Source: Negaprion brevirostris
Taxonomy: Eukaryota
DNA length: 64,000 nucleotides
Assembly (NCBI GenBank): GCA_030324005.1
Contig: JARDVH010000097.1
Coordinates: 61,369,278 to 61,433,277 of the forward strand
Reading direction: 5' to 3'
Shown here: piece after piece, positions 60,601-64,000 of the stretch
Numbering within the stretch: the stretch's first letter is position 1
How the letters are laid out: each line of letters starts with the position of its first letter
Notes under the pieces: model-generated
What the model was told of the DNA's origin: nothing
The model's database searches: none
Seen by the model: the letters and a program-made list of their open reading frames with translations, nothing else
Translations under genes and position numbers: made by a program

Positions 60601-63029
60601 AAAGTTATACAAAAAAACCTCTTACATTTCAAACAACTTTCTGATAACTGCATTCCCATTTTTCTCAAAAAGCTTAAGGACTTATTTTAATCTTACCATC
60701 CTGACAGAAACTGGATGGGTAATTAAAATGGGCAATGTAACTTACTCACACTGATCCACTGCACTATTAATCTGCTGTTATGAAGGCAAGAAGGACATCC
60801 ACTTGAGACAGTTGACTCTTCCTTTAAATATACTGATCTAATTCAAATGGCAATACAGCTGTAATATTAATGTTGGAGACATGTGCCAGGTAGAAGTCGC
60901 CTTGCTGGGGCATGCTGGTGACAAAATGAGGCCTAAAAAGCCAAGTGGATTTTATGTTTTTTAACGTTCTTGGCTTACAAGGAAATCTTGGGCTTCTCTG
61001 CCCTGTTTTTTCCTGTGATGCCCTCTCAGCCATTTATGTAAGCACCAGGAAACATTTCTTCAGGTCTCCTAGTGGTGGTCTCTTGGAGCTTGACATCGCA
61101 CTTCTATTTGCTGCTTAATTCCTACTTCCAGTTGGGGTTTGGTTGGGAGAATGAAGCCACCTACGCAGATGATGACTGCCAGTTAAAATCTCCTGAGTTT
61201 AATGCTACACATGTGCTGGCACTTTGCCATCTGCTGCAGTCCTACCCACATCACCTCCCACCACAATCCCTATCTGCCCCTAGCAATGGCTTATCCCAAG
61301 TTAAAATAGGGATTAGTATTTTTGAGGTTTCATCATTAAATATGCTGTATGTTAATTTTTTTCAATAATTGTTTAAGGCAATTAATGGCTCTAATCTGAC
61401 TGGACATATGGGAACAACATGCAGTTAATATGGATATTGGGGAAAGAACTTGAATACCTAATATGTTCTAGTTGAGCACACATTTTAAAAGTTTTCTAGC
61501 ATATATGAGTACCAGATAATTGCCAGAAATATTTTCCATTGGAGGAAGCATTGTTTTTTGCTAATCCATCATTTTGTACACTGAATATCTCGCATTTCAC
61601 CATTTGCTCTGTTAGTGTTTTTGCTACAAGAGTAGCTACCAGTGCAAATATCAGGGCAATAAACTTTCATACAAAGTGACGTCTAATTAACCTCTAATTA
61701 GATGCAACATGATAAGCTTTGAAACAGATTTTTTTGTCTTGCTCTGATTTGAATCACTACTCTATGATAACACACAATGAATAAAGAACTAAACTTGCTA
61801 AATAAAAAAAATTAAAACTGTAGCTTTTGGGAAAATTGTTTTACGCATCTTACACAATAAATAGAGGTATAATAATGGCCCTATTTATACAAATACAACA
61901 GAAATTCACTAGTCTTCTAGAAAAATTTAATGACTCCAACAGCTGTTGTAAAGGAATAGCACAGAATGGATCAATTGTCTTTTATGTGGGCTCTCTTCCT
62001 TGTTGGGGAACTCCAACTGAACAACAAATCTCCTGTGTCCAGAAAAGGTGAGATGTTCTGAGGTTTCTTCTATTGTTAACCTTTGGTCTGATGCCAGGGT
62101 CTGCACAACAGCCACCAGCTTTGTGGTGCTCCAGCTGGAGGGCCAGAACTGCCCTTCAATAGCATGACCGGCAGTGGGAAAGGGAAGCAAATTTCACTTT
62201 GACACTCTAAAATGGCACACATTGCTACAAATTTCTATTCCATTTGCAAAATACCTGATTGCATTTTAATTTAACCAAAATCTTTGGAAATAATGTGGCA
62301 CCTTGAATGCGTGAATGCTGATCCATTGTTTCCCGGTCCTCCACAGCACTCTGCACATATCCATCAACTTGTAATAACCCACAAAATGATGGCACTTCCT
62401 GCTAATCTTTCCAGCCCACCCAAAGTATGACTCCCATGAAGAAGGCCAATCTGGAAAAACCCTCCCACACAGGACTTCAACACAAATTCTACCTGGACAA
62501 ATGAATGGGAATCATTGGACACAACAAATAGGTACCTATCTCAGACTCAACCTAACAGCTGCTCAGTTTCAAACTTTCAACATCATAGAAATATGTCCAA
62601 TCTACGGACTTGGCAGAGGTCTGTACACACTCAACACAGCAGGACTGAGAGAAACTGCTTGGTTTAGAAACATTGCATTTGCTAAATAAATGAATATTCA
62701 TCTTGTCGGCTACTCTTTTCGATGTGTTAATCCTGGAGTGTGGTTTCAGTGATAATTGACATGTTTCACTACCCAGCTGTAGCTACCATTGCACATTTGT
62801 GAACCTTTACAGTGAATTTCAGAAAGCTTGACAGAGAGACATTGCAAAGAATTATGAACCTGTCTCAGTTCTGCTCTAGTGTACATGGTTCAGCTAATCA
62901 TCGGCTGAGCTTGGTGAAGTTATTCATATCTATGAACAAGTTTTCTTCATAAATACTATCCATTTCAATATAGAAATGATGTGTACATTGCCTCTACACA
63001 CATGATGGATGGCAATGTTATTGTCTGGC

Positions 63030-63118
63030 AAAATACTGGAAATTTGAAATCAAACTTGAAAATTCTGGAAACACTCAGAAGATCAGACAGCACCTGAAAA
63101 GAGAGAAACAGAGTTTGC
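63030..63118 (-). mobile_element. Solo Penelope-terminus-like fragment
   Basis: aaaatactggaaatttgaaat...aaattctggaaacactcagaagatcagacagcacctgaaaagagagaaacagagtt, the same family as 41750 and 4905. Confidence 0.55.
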
Positions 63119-64000
63119 TTACTGACATAGGGGAGGAAGATTTAGCTATATATATTTCAATTGGCCAGCCAGATTACATTGACACGGTCATGCATACAGA
63201 ACAAATCTAAAATGTTTAGTCAGTAAATTACTCAGGTCACAATCTTGGCAGGGTATCCTGGAGTTGTGGCCCAATGGTTCCATCCAGAACTGACATTAAC
63301 CAAGTTTGCAGGATCACTGAGGCTGGGTGAGTATCCCATTGTCTTGGAGTTAGTGGGTGTTAGGATCCACTACCCAGTGTATCATTGTTTCTGACCAAGT
63401 CCATGCCCAAGGAAACTCACTATTCACCTACTCTTGAAAAGGGTATGAGAACTGCTGACCCACACCAACTCTCCCCTCACCCCCCGGCCACCCCTTNNNN
63501 NNNNNNNNNNNNNNNNNNNNNNNNNNNNNNNNNNNNNNNNNNNNNNNNCCTATGATTTCAAAGCAATCTGAGCAAAAGGAACAATTTGAAACACTCTGAG
63601 ATATTTGTTGACCTAGAACCTTGTTTGGCCTGTACCCTAAAAACTGATGCGCAATATGGGTGTCATCAGTGAAGGATGGTAATGAAAATTGTTTACAGTG
63701 AAGTTGAATTATAGAGTGTAGCAGTGAAATAGATCTCTGGTTATCAACATTAGAAGGATGTTTAACAGAACACTCTTTAAGGAAAGCAGGCTTGCAGATC
63801 TCATGTTGAAATGATACTTTACCTTGCAGCTCTGATGTTGGCCATCATTACTCATAGTGCTGACAGGACTGATGATAGCCATGAAGTTGCTTATTCAGTC
63901 TGATGGAACATCTCATTTCACTGTAATGTTGGGAAGTTGTCTCTCCCTTATCACTGATTATCTCCTTTTGTGTCCTGAAGTATCTCATATACAGATGAGA

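Overview
This is eukaryotic DNA, most likely a shark (elasmobranch) scaffold, judged from HE1-type V-SINEs plus CR1, L2, Penelope-like, Rex1-like and Harbinger repeats. It has about 15 N-gaps. The only host protein-coding gene I can support is the class III POU neural transcription factor POU3F3 (Brn-1) on the + strand, from ATG 13276 to TGA 15949. Its normally intronless CDS appears in three pieces (13276-13521, 14684-14881, 15263-15949), interleaved with N-gaps and a deleted PIF/Harbinger transposase relic. A shared 22-mer strongly suggests this is a gap-filling chimera rather than a real disruption. The gene lies in a visibly CpG-retaining domain (about 5-40.5 kb) whose core (about 5-22 kb) lacks recognisable repeats apart from that relic. 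Beyond about 40.8 kb the sequence is CpG-poor and repeat-dense, with homeodomain-motif-rich unique islands between repeats. I found no convincing new biological system. The best leads are the assembly chimera, a candidate divergent lncRNA first exon and promoter, a downstream regulatory module, SINE tail swapping and SINE/LINE pairing, and a short inverted templated duplication. All family names come from motif recognition by eye, not from database searches, and repeat boundaries are approximate.
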